A DNA stretch of 64,000 nucleotides. Origin: an uncultured Pelagibacteraceae bacterium. Its GTDB lineage: Bacteria > Pseudomonadota > Alphaproteobacteria > Pelagibacterales > Pelagibacteraceae. The notes beneath the pieces are model-generated. The model searched no databases. It saw only the letters and a list, made by a program, of their open reading frames with translations, and was not told the DNA's origin. The translations under genes and the position numbers were made by a program. Of this stretch, positions 17,464 to 27,142 are shown piece by piece. The stretch spans positions 5,127 through 69,126 of the forward strand of contig CACLIZ010000004.1 of assembly GCA_902607115.1 (NCBI GenBank), given 5' to 3'. Position 1 is the first letter of the stretch, and each line of letters begins with the position of its first letter.

Positions 17464-18633
17464 ATGAAATTTGGTTATTTTTGTAATACAACAAATTGGA
17501 CACACAAACCCTACGATAAACTTCTAGACGAAACTAGGGAAATTACAGAATATTGTGATAAGAGTAAATGGAATTCAATTTGGTATACAGAGCACCACTT
17601 TAATCATGAAGGAATGGAATCTTTAACTAATCCATTAATGATGGGGGTTGATGCTGCAGCTAGAACAAAAAATATTAGAATAGGTCAAGCTTGCAACGTA
17701 ATTACTTTTCATAATCCAATTAGAATGGCTGAAGATATTGCTCTTCTTGATCAATTATCAAAAGGTAGAGTTGAAGTTGGGATAGGAAGAGGAATCTATG
17801 GAAGAGAAGCAATAAATTTAAATAAAGAAGCAGATATGAAAGACCAAGCAAAAAATTTTAGATTGTTTGAAGAAACGCTAACAATTTTAAAAAAAGCTTG
17901 GAAAGAAAAATTTTTTAATCATAAAGGTGAGTTTTATACTTATCCTGCTCCTGATTATGTTTGGCAGCATGATATGAGTCCTCCAAATAAAGATTTAGTT
18001 AATCTTGAAACAAATGTTATGGAAAATATAAGTGTTCTTCCAAAACCATTTCAAAAACCTTATCCAGCAATTCATCAGGTCGTTGACGGAATTAGATCAA
18101 TTGAATGGGCAGCTAAACAAGGTTTAAATATCATAATGTGGATACCAACAGTGAAAGCTTTAAAAATAAAATTTGAAGCTTTTAAAAATGCAAAATCGGA
18201 AGCTGAAAAAAGAAATGTACCATTAGGTGAGGGTATTTCATTAGTAAGAGATATGTTTGTAGCTGATACAATGGAAGAGGCAAAAGAAAAAGCTGGTGAA
18301 CATATGGTAAATTATATGAGATGGGTTTGTCATTGGAGAGGGCTTGGAAACCACATGGATCCAGGTGAAGAATTACCTGTTACTAAAGGTAAATTAGATT
18401 TACTAAGTTATGATTTTTTACATAAGCGTAATATGCTTTTTGGAACTCCAGAATATGTCATTGATAAAATAAAGGAATTAAGGTCAGAACTTAACTTACA
18501 AAACTTACAAGTATGGTCTAATTTTCCTGGCATCAAACATGAAGATTGCATGAAGAGTATCAAAATGTTTACTGAAAAAGTAATGCCTCACTTCAAAGAT
18601 GATTTAGATACTGAAGTTAAAAAAGTTTCGTGA
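17464..18633 (+). CDS. Luciferase-like (LLM class) flavin-dependent monooxygenase
   Basis: W.TEHHF, AARTKNIRIG, HNPIRMAEDIALLDQLSKGRVEVGIGRG, PKPFQKP and GTPE.VI; strong SD. Confidence 0.92.
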   Translation: MKFGYFCNTTNWTHKPYDKLLDETREITEYCDKSKWNSIWYTEHHFNHEGMESLTNPLMMGVDAAARTKNIRIGQACNVITFHNPIRMAEDIALLDQLSKGRVEVGIGRGIYGREAINLNKEADMKDQAKNFRLFEETLTILKKAWKEKFFNHKGEFYTYPAPDYVWQHDMSPPNKDLVNLETNVMENISVLPKPFQKPYPAIHQVVDGIRSIEWAAKQGLNIIMWIPTVKALKIKFEAFKNAKSEAEKRNVPLGEGISLVRDMFVADTMEEAKEKAGEHMVNYMRWVCHWRGLGNHMDPGEELPVTKGKLDLLSYDFLHKRNMLFGTPEYVIDKIKELRSELNLQNLQVWSNFPGIKHEDCMKSIKMFTEKVMPHFKDDLDTEVKKVS

Positions 18634-20327
18634 TCAAGTCAAAAAACTTGACTGGTGGCCAAGCTGCAATCAAATCTTTAAAAAAAGAAAAAGTTAAACA
18701 TGTTTTTGGTTTAATTGGCTCCGCTACTATGGAAATGTTTGATGCACTTTACAATGAAAAAAATATAAAATTTATTGGTGTCCGAGATGAGAGAACTGGA
18801 ACACATATGGCCGATGGATATGCAAGAGCATCTAATCAACCAGGTATAATACTTGCTGGACAAAATGGTCCTGGTGCAACAAATCTAGTTACCGGGCTTG
18901 CGCAGGCGAAAGCAGCTTTTTCTCCAGTTGTTTCAATTGCTGGTTCATATTCTACAAAAGATAAAATGGAAGATGCTTTTCAAGGTCTTGATCAACAATC
19001 TTTATTTAAACCAGTAACAAAAAAAACTTGGACTGTAAAAAATGCTAAAAAAATTCCAAAAACTTTTAGTGATGCTTTTAAATTAGCAATGTCTCCTAGG
19101 AGGGGACCTGTTTGTATTAATCTACCAAGAAATATATTGGCAGATAAAGGAAATTTTAAAATCAATCACAAAAATCAATCTTTTGATAATCAAAACTCAA
19201 CTAAAGCAAAATTTAATTATATAAAAAAAGCTGTAAAGATTATCAGTAATTCAAACAAAACTGTTATTATTGCTGGTGGTGGAATTAAATATACATCAAG
19301 ATATAAAAATGTAGTTAAATTGGCAGAATTGTTAAACGTCCCAATGGTAACTGCAGCTGGTCATGGAGATGCTATACCATTTAATCACAAACTAAATGCT
19401 GGACAAATGGGTCCAAGAGGTAATCCTGTTGCATCTAAACTAGTTAAAGAAGCAAGCGTTATAATTGCTCTTGGAACAAGACTTGGATTTAATTCAACTT
19501 TTTATTCTTACGAAAATATAAATAAAAGAGCAAAGATCATACAAGTTGAATTAGAAAAAAGAATGATAGGAAGATACTTTCCTGTAGCAGTAGGAATTTA
19601 TGGGGACGCTGCCACAATAGCCGATCAATTATATAAAGAAATCAAGAAGCAAAATATTGCTCTTGATATAAAAAAATGGACCAATAACTATTTTAATGAA
19701 AGAAAAAATTTTTTGCTTAACAGAGATAAATTTAAACAGAAAAATTTTCCTATTCAGCCCAATAGCTTGTTTAAACAATTAAGACAAGTGCTTCCTAATA
19801 ACTCTGCAATAACTTTAGATGCAGGTACACTTTGTTTGCAAGCGACAGATGCTCTTGAATATTATGACCCTCCATCTTTATTTACCCCTTTAGACTTTGG
19901 TTTGGTTGGTTTTTCTTTTGCATGTGGTTTAGGTGTAAAGATTGCAAAACCTAATAAAAAAGTAATTAGCCTAATGGGAGATGGAGGTTTTGGAATGACA
20001 ATTTCAGAATTAAGTACGGCTGTTGAATATAAGATAAATACAATTACTATAGTCATGAATAATAAAAGTTGGGGAGCTGAAAAAGCTTATCAAAAAGATT
20101 TTTATGGAAAAAGATACCTGGGAGCTGATATTAGCAGTCCACCTTTTGATAAAGTTGCAGAGCTATATGGTGCTAAAGGTTTTAAGGTTAAAAAAGTTTC
20201 AGAAATAAACCAAGCAGTTAGAGAAGCTTTAAAAATAAATAAACCTGTTGTCATTGATGTTGATGTAGATCCAAAAGCACTATACAGTTTTAGAAGAGAT
20301 AGTTTTAAACATAGATCAAAAAAATGA
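18630..20327 (+). CDS. Thiamine diphosphate-dependent enzyme, Xsc/AHAS-like
   Basis: VFGLIGS, RDE..HMADGYAR, GQNGPG and the ThDP motif GDGGF...NNKSWGAEK. Confidence 0.85.
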   Translation: MIKSKNLTGGQAAIKSLKKEKVKHVFGLIGSATMEMFDALYNEKNIKFIGVRDERTGTHMADGYARASNQPGIILAGQNGPGATNLVTGLAQAKAAFSPVVSIAGSYSTKDKMEDAFQGLDQQSLFKPVTKKTWTVKNAKKIPKTFSDAFKLAMSPRRGPVCINLPRNILADKGNFKINHKNQSFDNQNSTKAKFNYIKKAVKIISNSNKTVIIAGGGIKYTSRYKNVVKLAELLNVPMVTAAGHGDAIPFNHKLNAGQMGPRGNPVASKLVKEASVIIALGTRLGFNSTFYSYENINKRAKIIQVELEKRMIGRYFPVAVGIYGDAATIADQLYKEIKKQNIALDIKKWTNNYFNERKNFLLNRDKFKQKNFPIQPNSLFKQLRQVLPNNSAITLDAGTLCLQATDALEYYDPPSLFTPLDFGLVGFSFACGLGVKIAKPNKKVISLMGDGGFGMTISELSTAVEYKINTITIVMNNKSWGAEKAYQKDFYGKRYLGADISSPPFDKVAELYGAKGFKVKKVSEINQAVREALKINKPVVIDVDVDPKALYSFRRDSFKHRSKK

Positions 20328-20911
20328 AATTAGAATTAAGAAAGTTTACAAAATTTGTTGATAAGACATTTATTGAAGGTGGAAAAGAAGCAAAAGAACC
20401 AGTCTTGCTAGTTTCTGTTGCAGCAGTTTTTAAAAATCCTTGGGATGGTCAAGGATTTGTTGAAGATCTTAAACCTGTAATTTTAGATTTAGCTCCAAAG
20501 CTTGGTGATATTTTAGTTCCAGAATTAATAAAAGAAATTGGTTCTCCAGATAAAATTCTAGCTTATGGTAAAGCAGGAATTGTCGGTTTAAATGGAGAGA
20601 TCGAGCACGCATCTGCTTTTATTCATACGTTAAGATTTGGAAATAAATTTAGAGATGCAGTGGGTGGAACATCTTATTTAAGTTTTACAAATACAAGAGG
20701 GCCAGCTGGATCGAAAATTTCTATACCAATGATGCATAAAACAGACTCTGGTTTAAGACCATATTATCTAACACATGAATTTACTATTCATGATGCTCCA
20801 TTTGATAATGAAATAGTAATTGCTATTGGTGGAGCTTCTAGTGGAAGAGCGCACGCAAGAACTGGTGATAGATATCAAGATATGAAAGAAATGGGCATTG
20901 AACCTAAATAA
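20324..20911 (+). CDS. AA_synth/DUF1185 family protein (TgnF-like)
   Basis: AAVFKNPW.G.GFVEDL, YGKAGIVGLNGEIEH, IPMMHK, DAP..NEIV and GRAHAR.GDR. Confidence 0.85.
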   Translation: MKLELRKFTKFVDKTFIEGGKEAKEPVLLVSVAAVFKNPWDGQGFVEDLKPVILDLAPKLGDILVPELIKEIGSPDKILAYGKAGIVGLNGEIEHASAFIHTLRFGNKFRDAVGGTSYLSFTNTRGPAGSKISIPMMHKTDSGLRPYYLTHEFTIHDAPFDNEIVIAIGGASSGRAHARTGDRYQDMKEMGIEPK

Positions 20912-20915
20912 ATAA

Positions 20916-21689
20916 ATGATCAATGCTAAAGATTCAAAGAATACTTTTTATATTCTAAATAAAAAAGAAAATACTCCAATAGTTTTAATCCACGGTGTAG
21001 GACTTAATCATAAAATTTGGGAACCTCAGATTAATTCATTTAATAATACTGTCTTGGCATATGATATCTTGGGACATGGAAACACACCCTTAACAAAATC
21101 ACAAATAAGTTTTGATGATTTTTCATTACAATTACTAAATCTAATTGATGAACTAAAGTTTGAAAAAATGCATTTAGTTGGTTTTTCGATTGGTTCATTA
21201 ATAGCAAGGAATTTTGCCTCCAAATATAATAATAGATTAGAGTCTTTAACTTTGCTTTGCTCAGTTTTTCAAAGAAGTAATGAGCAGCAACAAATAGTAA
21301 ATGATAGATTTGAATTATCAAAAAAAAGTAGATCTTTATCAAAACAAGCTCTTAAGAGATGGTTCACAGATGATTATATAAATAAAAATCCAAATATTTA
21401 TGAAAAAATTTGTTCTATGCTTGAAGAAAATAATATGGAAAATTTCCTAAAAGTTTATGAACTTTTTGTTAAGCACCAAGATAATGAAATATTTGAAAAT
21501 ATAAAAACTAAAACATTAGTTGTGACTGGAGAAAATGATATTGGATCAACACCGGAAATGTCCCAAAATTTAAGTAAAAAAATCGCTAATTCTAAAGTTA
21601 AAATAATAAGCAATGGAAAACATCTATGTAGTATTGAGTGTGCAGATGATGTAAATAACGCTATTAAGGAACATATAAAAAATGACTAA
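20916..21689 (+). CDS. Alpha/beta hydrolase (TgnD/PcaD-like)
   Basis: LIHGVGL, YDILGHG, nucleophile GFSIG, acid in GENDIGS and His in GKHLC. Confidence 0.88.
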   Translation: MINAKDSKNTFYILNKKENTPIVLIHGVGLNHKIWEPQINSFNNTVLAYDILGHGNTPLTKSQISFDDFSLQLLNLIDELKFEKMHLVGFSIGSLIARNFASKYNNRLESLTLLCSVFQRSNEQQQIVNDRFELSKKSRSLSKQALKRWFTDDYINKNPNIYEKICSMLEENNMENFLKVYELFVKHQDNEIFENIKTKTLVVTGENDIGSTPEMSQNLSKKIANSKVKIISNGKHLCSIECADDVNNAIKEHIKND

Positions 21690-23163
21690 ACTGAAGCAAT
21701 ATAAAATGTTTATCGATGGAGAATGGGTAGACTCTGATACTAAAAAAACTTTTGAAACTTTAAATCCAGAAAATAATAAGCCGTGGGCTGTAGTTCCTGA
21801 AGCAAGTGCAAATGATGTTGATAGAGCAGTGAAAGCAGCGCAAAAGGCATTTGAAGGAGAATGGCCAAAGTTACTTCCACGAGAAAGAGGAAAATATTTA
21901 AGAGCAATAGCGGATAAACTTAGAAAGAATGCTGAGCTACTTGGAGAAATTGAAACTATTGATACTGGAAAATTGTTTAGAGAAACAAAAAAGCAAGCAA
22001 ACTATATTGCAGAATATTATGACTATTACGCTGGTATGGCGGATAAAGTTGAGGGAACAGTTTTACCTATAGATAAACCAAATATTCAAGCAATAACAAC
22101 AAGAGTGCCAATAGGTGTTATAGCTGCAATTATTCCTTGGAACTCGCAGATGTTATTAACAGTAACTAAACTAGCGCCGGCTCTAGCAATGGGAAATACT
22201 GTTGTTATAAAATCATCTGAACTTGCCCCCGCAGTTTTATTTGAGTTTGCTAAATTAGTTGAACAAACAGGAATGCCAAAAGGTGTTGTAAATGTTATTA
22301 CAGGTTATGGTGATCCATGCGGAAAGGCTCTAACAACACATAATTTAGTTGAAAAAATTGCTTTTACAGGAGGTCCTGAAACTGCGAAACATATAATTAG
22401 AAATTCAGCTGAAAATTTATCTGAAGTAAGTCTGGAACTTGGGGGAAAAAGTCCTGTAGCAGTATTTGAAGATGCTCATCAAGAAAATGCAATAAATGGA
22501 ATTACTGCAGGAATTTTTGGTGCAAGTGGCCAAAGTTGTATTGCTGGTTCAAGACTATATTTGCAAAAAGGAATTTATAATGAATTTCTAGATAAGCTTA
22601 CTGCAAGAGCAGAAAAAATAAAAATTGGTGCACCTATGGATCCTGAAAGTGAAATGGGGCCAATTGGTAATTTTAAACAATTAGAAATAATAGAAAAAAA
22701 TATTAAATTAACTGTAGAACAAGGTGGAAAAATTAAATGTGGAGGTAAAAGACATTCATTTTCAAATGAAGGATACTATTTTCCTCCAACGATTATTGAG
22801 TGTGATAATCATAATCTTCCAACAGCAGAAAATGAACTTTTTGGTCCAGTGCTATCTGTAATGAAATTTGAAAATGAAGAAGAAGTAATAAATAAAATGA
22901 ATGATAACCAATACGGTTTATCATCTGGAGTTTATACTAGTGACTTCTCAAGAGGCATGAGAGTTTCAAAAGCAATCAGGGCTGGAATCACATTTGTAAA
23001 TACTTATAGGCTAATATCTCCATCTGCTCCATTTGGAGGAATGAAAGATAGTGGCTATGGTAAAGAAGCAGGTATTGAATCTATAAAAGATTACACAAGA
23101 GTAAAAACAACTTGGTATTATACATCGGATAAACCAACTCTTGATCCATTTTCAATGAGATAA
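21682..23163 (+). CDS. Aldehyde dehydrogenase, TgnC-like subfamily
   Basis: IPWNSQ, AFTGGPETA.HI.RNSAENL..VSLELGGKSP, GQSCIAGSR and C-terminal DPFSMR. Confidence 0.9.
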   Translation: MTKLKQYKMFIDGEWVDSDTKKTFETLNPENNKPWAVVPEASANDVDRAVKAAQKAFEGEWPKLLPRERGKYLRAIADKLRKNAELLGEIETIDTGKLFRETKKQANYIAEYYDYYAGMADKVEGTVLPIDKPNIQAITTRVPIGVIAAIIPWNSQMLLTVTKLAPALAMGNTVVIKSSELAPAVLFEFAKLVEQTGMPKGVVNVITGYGDPCGKALTTHNLVEKIAFTGGPETAKHIIRNSAENLSEVSLELGGKSPVAVFEDAHQENAINGITAGIFGASGQSCIAGSRLYLQKGIYNEFLDKLTARAEKIKIGAPMDPESEMGPIGNFKQLEIIEKNIKLTVEQGGKIKCGGKRHSFSNEGYYFPPTIIECDNHNLPTAENELFGPVLSVMKFENEEEVINKMNDNQYGLSSGVYTSDFSRGMRVSKAIRAGITFVNTYRLISPSAPFGGMKDSGYGKEAGIESIKDYTRVKTTWYYTSDKPTLDPFSMR

Positions 23164-23165
23164 AA

Positions 23166-24023
23166 TTGTCTTTTAAGCATACAGTAATAATTGTCCTAGT
23201 AATGTTCTTTTTGGGAAGTGCATATCCTTTAGGTAAATTTGGTTTAAATGCATCTCTTAATCCAATTTTATTTGGAGCTTTAAGAATGGTTATAGTTTTT
23301 TTGTGCCTAATACCTTTCTGTAAGATAAAAATTCCTCAAAAAAAATATTATCTGCCTCTTTTAGGATTTTCGATATGTATGGGTGCAGGGGTAAATATGT
23401 TTTTATATTTGTCATTAGAAGCTGCTTCAATCTTGGCTCCTATTACAATTGGTGCTCAACTTTCAATTCCTTTAGCAATTATTTTGAGTTCTCTGTTTCT
23501 TAGTGAAAGTATTAGTTTTAAAAAATGGATTTTAATATTTGCATCATTTTTTGGAATTGTTTTAATAGCATTTGATCCAAAAATTTCAGAAGAAATCTTA
23601 GCGACATTGTTAATTTTTGCTATGGCATTTTTTTATGGTTTGTCACAAGTATTTTCAAGATATCTTAAAGATCTTGATGTAAAATTTACTAATGCTTTTA
23701 TGGGTTTAGTTGGTTTTATTATATTAATTATTATTTCCCATTTGTTTGAGGGAAATGTATTTCATCAAATATCTAATATTGAAACAAATGGATGGTTAGC
23801 AGTATTTTATGCTGGAGCTATAATTTCAATATTTGGTCACATGATGATGTTCTATTTGTATAAATTTTATCCAGTAGGAATGGTTTTACCTTTTTATGCT
23901 TTATTTCCTGTTTTTGGATTAATACTAACTTTTTTAATTTTTGGAGAAATTCCAACGCTCATAATGGTCACTGGTGGAATTATCGTTGTACTATCAGTGT
24001 TTATGCTTCAAAAAATTAGATAA
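23166..24023 (+). CDS. EamA/DMT family transporter
   Basis: About 10 TM segments in two repeats; TTG start 2 bp after the ALDH stop. Confidence 0.82.
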   Translation: MSFKHTVIIVLVMFFLGSAYPLGKFGLNASLNPILFGALRMVIVFLCLIPFCKIKIPQKKYYLPLLGFSICMGAGVNMFLYLSLEAASILAPITIGAQLSIPLAIILSSLFLSESISFKKWILIFASFFGIVLIAFDPKISEEILATLLIFAMAFFYGLSQVFSRYLKDLDVKFTNAFMGLVGFIILIIISHLFEGNVFHQISNIETNGWLAVFYAGAIISIFGHMMMFYLYKFYPVGMVLPFYALFPVFGLILTFLIFGEIPTLIMVTGGIIVVLSVFMLQKIR

Positions 24024-24095
24024 TTAATCATTGAAATATTAATTTAATCATAATCTAATCGTCTTTTATAAATTGTTAACAATTAAAGGGAAAAT

Positions 24096-25277
24096 ATGAG
24101 AAAATTAATTTTAGCTGCATTCTTATTTGTTTCTACAATGACAACAAATACTTTTGCAGACATCAAAATGGGAGTGATATTAGGATTTACAGGTCCAATT
24201 GAATCTCTTACGCCAGCTATGGCTGCGTCTGCTGAGCTTGCATTTAAAGAAGCTTCAGACTCAGGATCATTACTTGGTGGAAAGAAAATATCAGTAGAAA
24301 GAGCTGACTCAACTTGTGTTGACTCTGCCGCTGCTACAACTGCTGCTCAAGGATTAGTGGACGGAGGCGTTGTCGCTATCATGGGAGCTGACTGTTCTGG
24401 AGTTACTGGTGCAATTGCAACTAATGTTGCTGTACCTAACGGAGTAGTTATGATTTCACCTTCTGCTACATCTCCTGGATTAACTGATCTAAATGATAAT
24501 GGATATTTCTTTAGAACAGCTCCATCAGACGCTAGAGGTGGACAAATCTTAGCTGATATTACAAAAGATAGAAAAATTAAAAGTGTTGCTATCACTTATA
24601 CAAACAATGACTACGGTAAAGGTTTAGCAGATGTATATAAAGCTGCTGTAGAAGCTCATGGGATTAAAGTAACAACTGTTGCTGCTCACGAAGATGGTAA
24701 AGCAGATTATTCAGCAGAAGTTGCTACACTTGCTTCAGCGGGTGGTGATGCAGTTGCAGTAATAGGCTACATAGACCAAGGTGGTAAAGGAATAATTCAA
24801 GCTTCTTTGGACTCTGGTGCATTTGATAGATTTATTCTATCAGATGGTATGATAGGAGACTCTTTAACCGATAATTTTGGAAAAGCTTTAAACAAATCAT
24901 TTGGTTCTTTACCAGGATCAACTGGAAAAGGAGCGGGAGTATTTGCAGATGTAGCTAAAACTGCTGGCATAGACTCTTCGGGACCTTACACAGGAGAATC
25001 ATACGATGCTGCTGCTTTAATCACTCTTGCTATGCAGGCTGGTGGAAAAGCTGACAGAGCAACAATTCAACAAAATGTTATGTCTGTTGCAAATGCACCG
25101 GGGAAAAAGATTTACCCAGGTGAATTAGGTAAAGCTTTGGATTTACTTGCAAAAGGTAAAGCTGTTAACTACGAAGGTGCTACTGGAGTAGAATTTACAG
25201 AAGTTGGAGAAGCTTTTGGTTCTTTCTTAGAAAAAGAAGTTAAAGGTGGAAAATTCAAAACTAAAAAACAAAGATAA
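24096..25277 (+). CDS. livJ: Liv/HAAT family ABC substrate-binding protein
   Basis: Signal peptide, LGFTGP, ISPSATSP, FFRTAPSD, NNDYGKG and YDAA. Confidence 0.88.
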   Translation: MRKLILAAFLFVSTMTTNTFADIKMGVILGFTGPIESLTPAMAASAELAFKEASDSGSLLGGKKISVERADSTCVDSAAATTAAQGLVDGGVVAIMGADCSGVTGAIATNVAVPNGVVMISPSATSPGLTDLNDNGYFFRTAPSDARGGQILADITKDRKIKSVAITYTNNDYGKGLADVYKAAVEAHGIKVTTVAAHEDGKADYSAEVATLASAGGDAVAVIGYIDQGGKGIIQASLDSGAFDRFILSDGMIGDSLTDNFGKALNKSFGSLPGSTGKGAGVFADVAKTAGIDSSGPYTGESYDAAALITLAMQAGGKADRATIQQNVMSVANAPGKKIYPGELGKALDLLAKGKAVNYEGATGVEFTEVGEAFGSFLEKEVKGGKFKTKKQR

Positions 25278-25295
25278 TATTTAATTCTTTAAAAC

Positions 25296-25330
25296 AACCT
25301 CAGCGAAGAAATTCGCTGAGGTTTTTTTTT
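25296..25330 (+). terminator. Intrinsic terminator after the Liv SBP gene
   Basis: AACCTCAGCGAA-GAAA-TTCGCTGAGGTT running into a T tract. Confidence 0.88.
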
Positions 25331-25397
25331 AAAAAATATATTTATCAGATAAATACATCACCAAAGCTAAAGCAATACCTAATAATATATAATTCAA

Positions 25398-25769
25398 TTA
25401 AATTCCTTTCTTAATTAGGCTATAAATTTTATCTTTATTTGTAAGTCCCATTTCACGTGCAATTTCTTTATTATTTTTATAAATAGCAATTGTAGTCCAA
25501 TAATCTATGTTAAGTAACCTTGCTATATCTTTATTTTTATTTTGTTCAAAACTTAAAAAAAGCACATCCTTAAATTTTTCTTCAGCTTCATCAAGAATTT
25601 TAACCTGTCTTGCACAAGTTAAACAAGATTTGTTCCATGAATTAATTACTACTAGTTTTCCTTCTTCTTGGGCTTTATTAAATTTATCTAAAGTAAATGT
25701 AGTTTTTTTTTCAATAGATAAAGAATGAAAAGGAATTAAAACAAAAATAATTATTAATATTTTTTTCAT
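25398..25769 (-). CDS. Exported thioredoxin-fold protein
   Basis: Signal peptide, W..SCLTC CxxC motif, Trx-like size. Confidence 0.72.
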   Translation of the reverse strand: MKKILIIIFVLIPFHSLSIEKKTTFTLDKFNKAQEEGKLVVINSWNKSCLTCARQVKILDEAEEKFKDVLFLSFEQNKNKDIARLLNIDYWTTIAIYKNNKEIAREMGLTNKDKIYSLIKKGI

Positions 25770-25771
25770 AT

Positions 25772-27142
25772 TTATTGTTTTATAATTTTTTCTGGTAAAA
25801 TTCCCTGTGGTCTATAGCGCATAATTAATAATACTCCCATTCCAATCATTAAAAACCTAAAATATGGAGCGCTTTGAATTAAATGAATTTTTAAAGCATT
25901 TGTTTCTGGTAAGTGGGATGTAAAAAAATTAATTAAAAATAACGCTATTGGAGCGGCCTCAACCCACAGAAACCAAACCGCAAAACCACCTAGTATTGCT
26001 CCAAAATTATTTCCAGTTCCTCCTACAATTACCATAACCCAAATCACAAAAGTATATCTCATGGGTCTGTAACTTCCTGGTGTAAATAATCCATCATTTG
26101 TTACCATCATCGCTCCTGCTATACCAACAACTGCCGATCCTAAAATGAAAATTAAAAGATGTTCTTTAACAACGTTTTTACCCATAGCGCCTGCTGCTTC
26201 TTCATTGTCCCTTATTGCTCTCATTTTTCTTCCCCATGGTGAATATAAAGCTTTTTGTGTAATAATTAATAAAACAACCACAACTGTTAAAAAAAGTCCT
26301 GCCATACAGAGTTTTACATAAACTGAAGAAGCGTCTATTACTAATTGATTTAAAACATCCTGCCTCTCTGTAACTGAGTTGATAACTTTCAATTTACCTG
26401 AATTAAATTTTTCGACAAAATTTATAAACCAAGGTGTGCTTTGAAGATCCACCTCATATGGAACAGGTCTTTTTAAACCAATCACATTTTTAACTCCCCT
26501 TGCTAGCCAATCTTCATGCTTAATGATTGAAACTACAATTTCTGCAATTAGCAATGTTGCAATTGCTAGATAATCTGCTCTTAATCCAAGAGCTATCTTG
26601 CCAATAACATATGCTAATCCACCAGCAAAAAAAGCTCCTACAATCCAAGAAAATAATATTGGCAAACCTAAGCCACCTAAAAATCCTGTTTTAGCAGGAT
26701 TAACTGCTTCTATATTCTCAATTGCAGGGCCAGATATTAATCTAATAAGTATTAATCCGATGATTATGATTCCTGCAATTAAATAATTTCTTTTTATTGA
26801 TTTTTGAATTTTTTTTAAACTATAGCGGATTGAATAAATCATCCCTACAATAATCCCTGCGCAAACCATCATATTCAAACCGCCAGCTTTCCACGCTTCA
26901 GGCACTGGGGCAACTGATACAAGGACAACAGCTAAACCTCCTAATGCCGTGTAGCCCATAATTCCAAAATTGATTAATCCAGCATAACCCCATTGTATAT
27001 TTGCGCCCATAGTCATAACTGCTGAAATCAAACAATAATTCAAAATAGATAGAGCTTGTGACCAAGATTGAAATATTCCTACTAGAATAATAAGTATAAC
27101 CATTATTACATATGCTGTTACTACGTTTAAATATTGCCTCAT
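25772..27142 (-). CDS. livM: Liv ABC permease (LivM-like)
   Basis: GYAGLINFG, LRADYLAIATL, RAIRDNEEAA and VGGTGN. Confidence 0.9.
   Translation of the reverse strand: MRQYLNVVTAYVIMVILIILVGIFQSWSQALSILNYCLISAVMTMGANIQWGYAGLINFGIMGYTALGGLAVVLVSVAPVPEAWKAGGLNMMVCAGIIVGMIYSIRYSLKKIQKSIKRNYLIAGIIIIGLILIRLISGPAIENIEAVNPAKTGFLGGLGLPILFSWIVGAFFAGGLAYVIGKIALGLRADYLAIATLLIAEIVVSIIKHEDWLARGVKNVIGLKRPVPYEVDLQSTPWFINFVEKFNSGKLKVINSVTERQDVLNQLVIDASSVYVKLCMAGLFLTVVVVLLIITQKALYSPWGRKMRAIRDNEEAAGAMGKNVVKEHLLIFILGSAVVGIAGAMMVTNDGLFTPGSYRPMRYTFVIWVMVIVGGTGNNFGAILGGFAVWFLWVEAAPIALFLINFFTSHLPETNALKIHLIQSAPYFRFLMIGMGVLLIMRYRPQGILPEKIIKQ

Noticed and set aside
18630-20327. Calling the ThDP enzyme ilvB/ilvI or xsc
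   Set aside because: It lacks AHAS motifs and a small subunit, the real AHAS is elsewhere in the window, and Xsc similarity is partial with no taurine or pta context.
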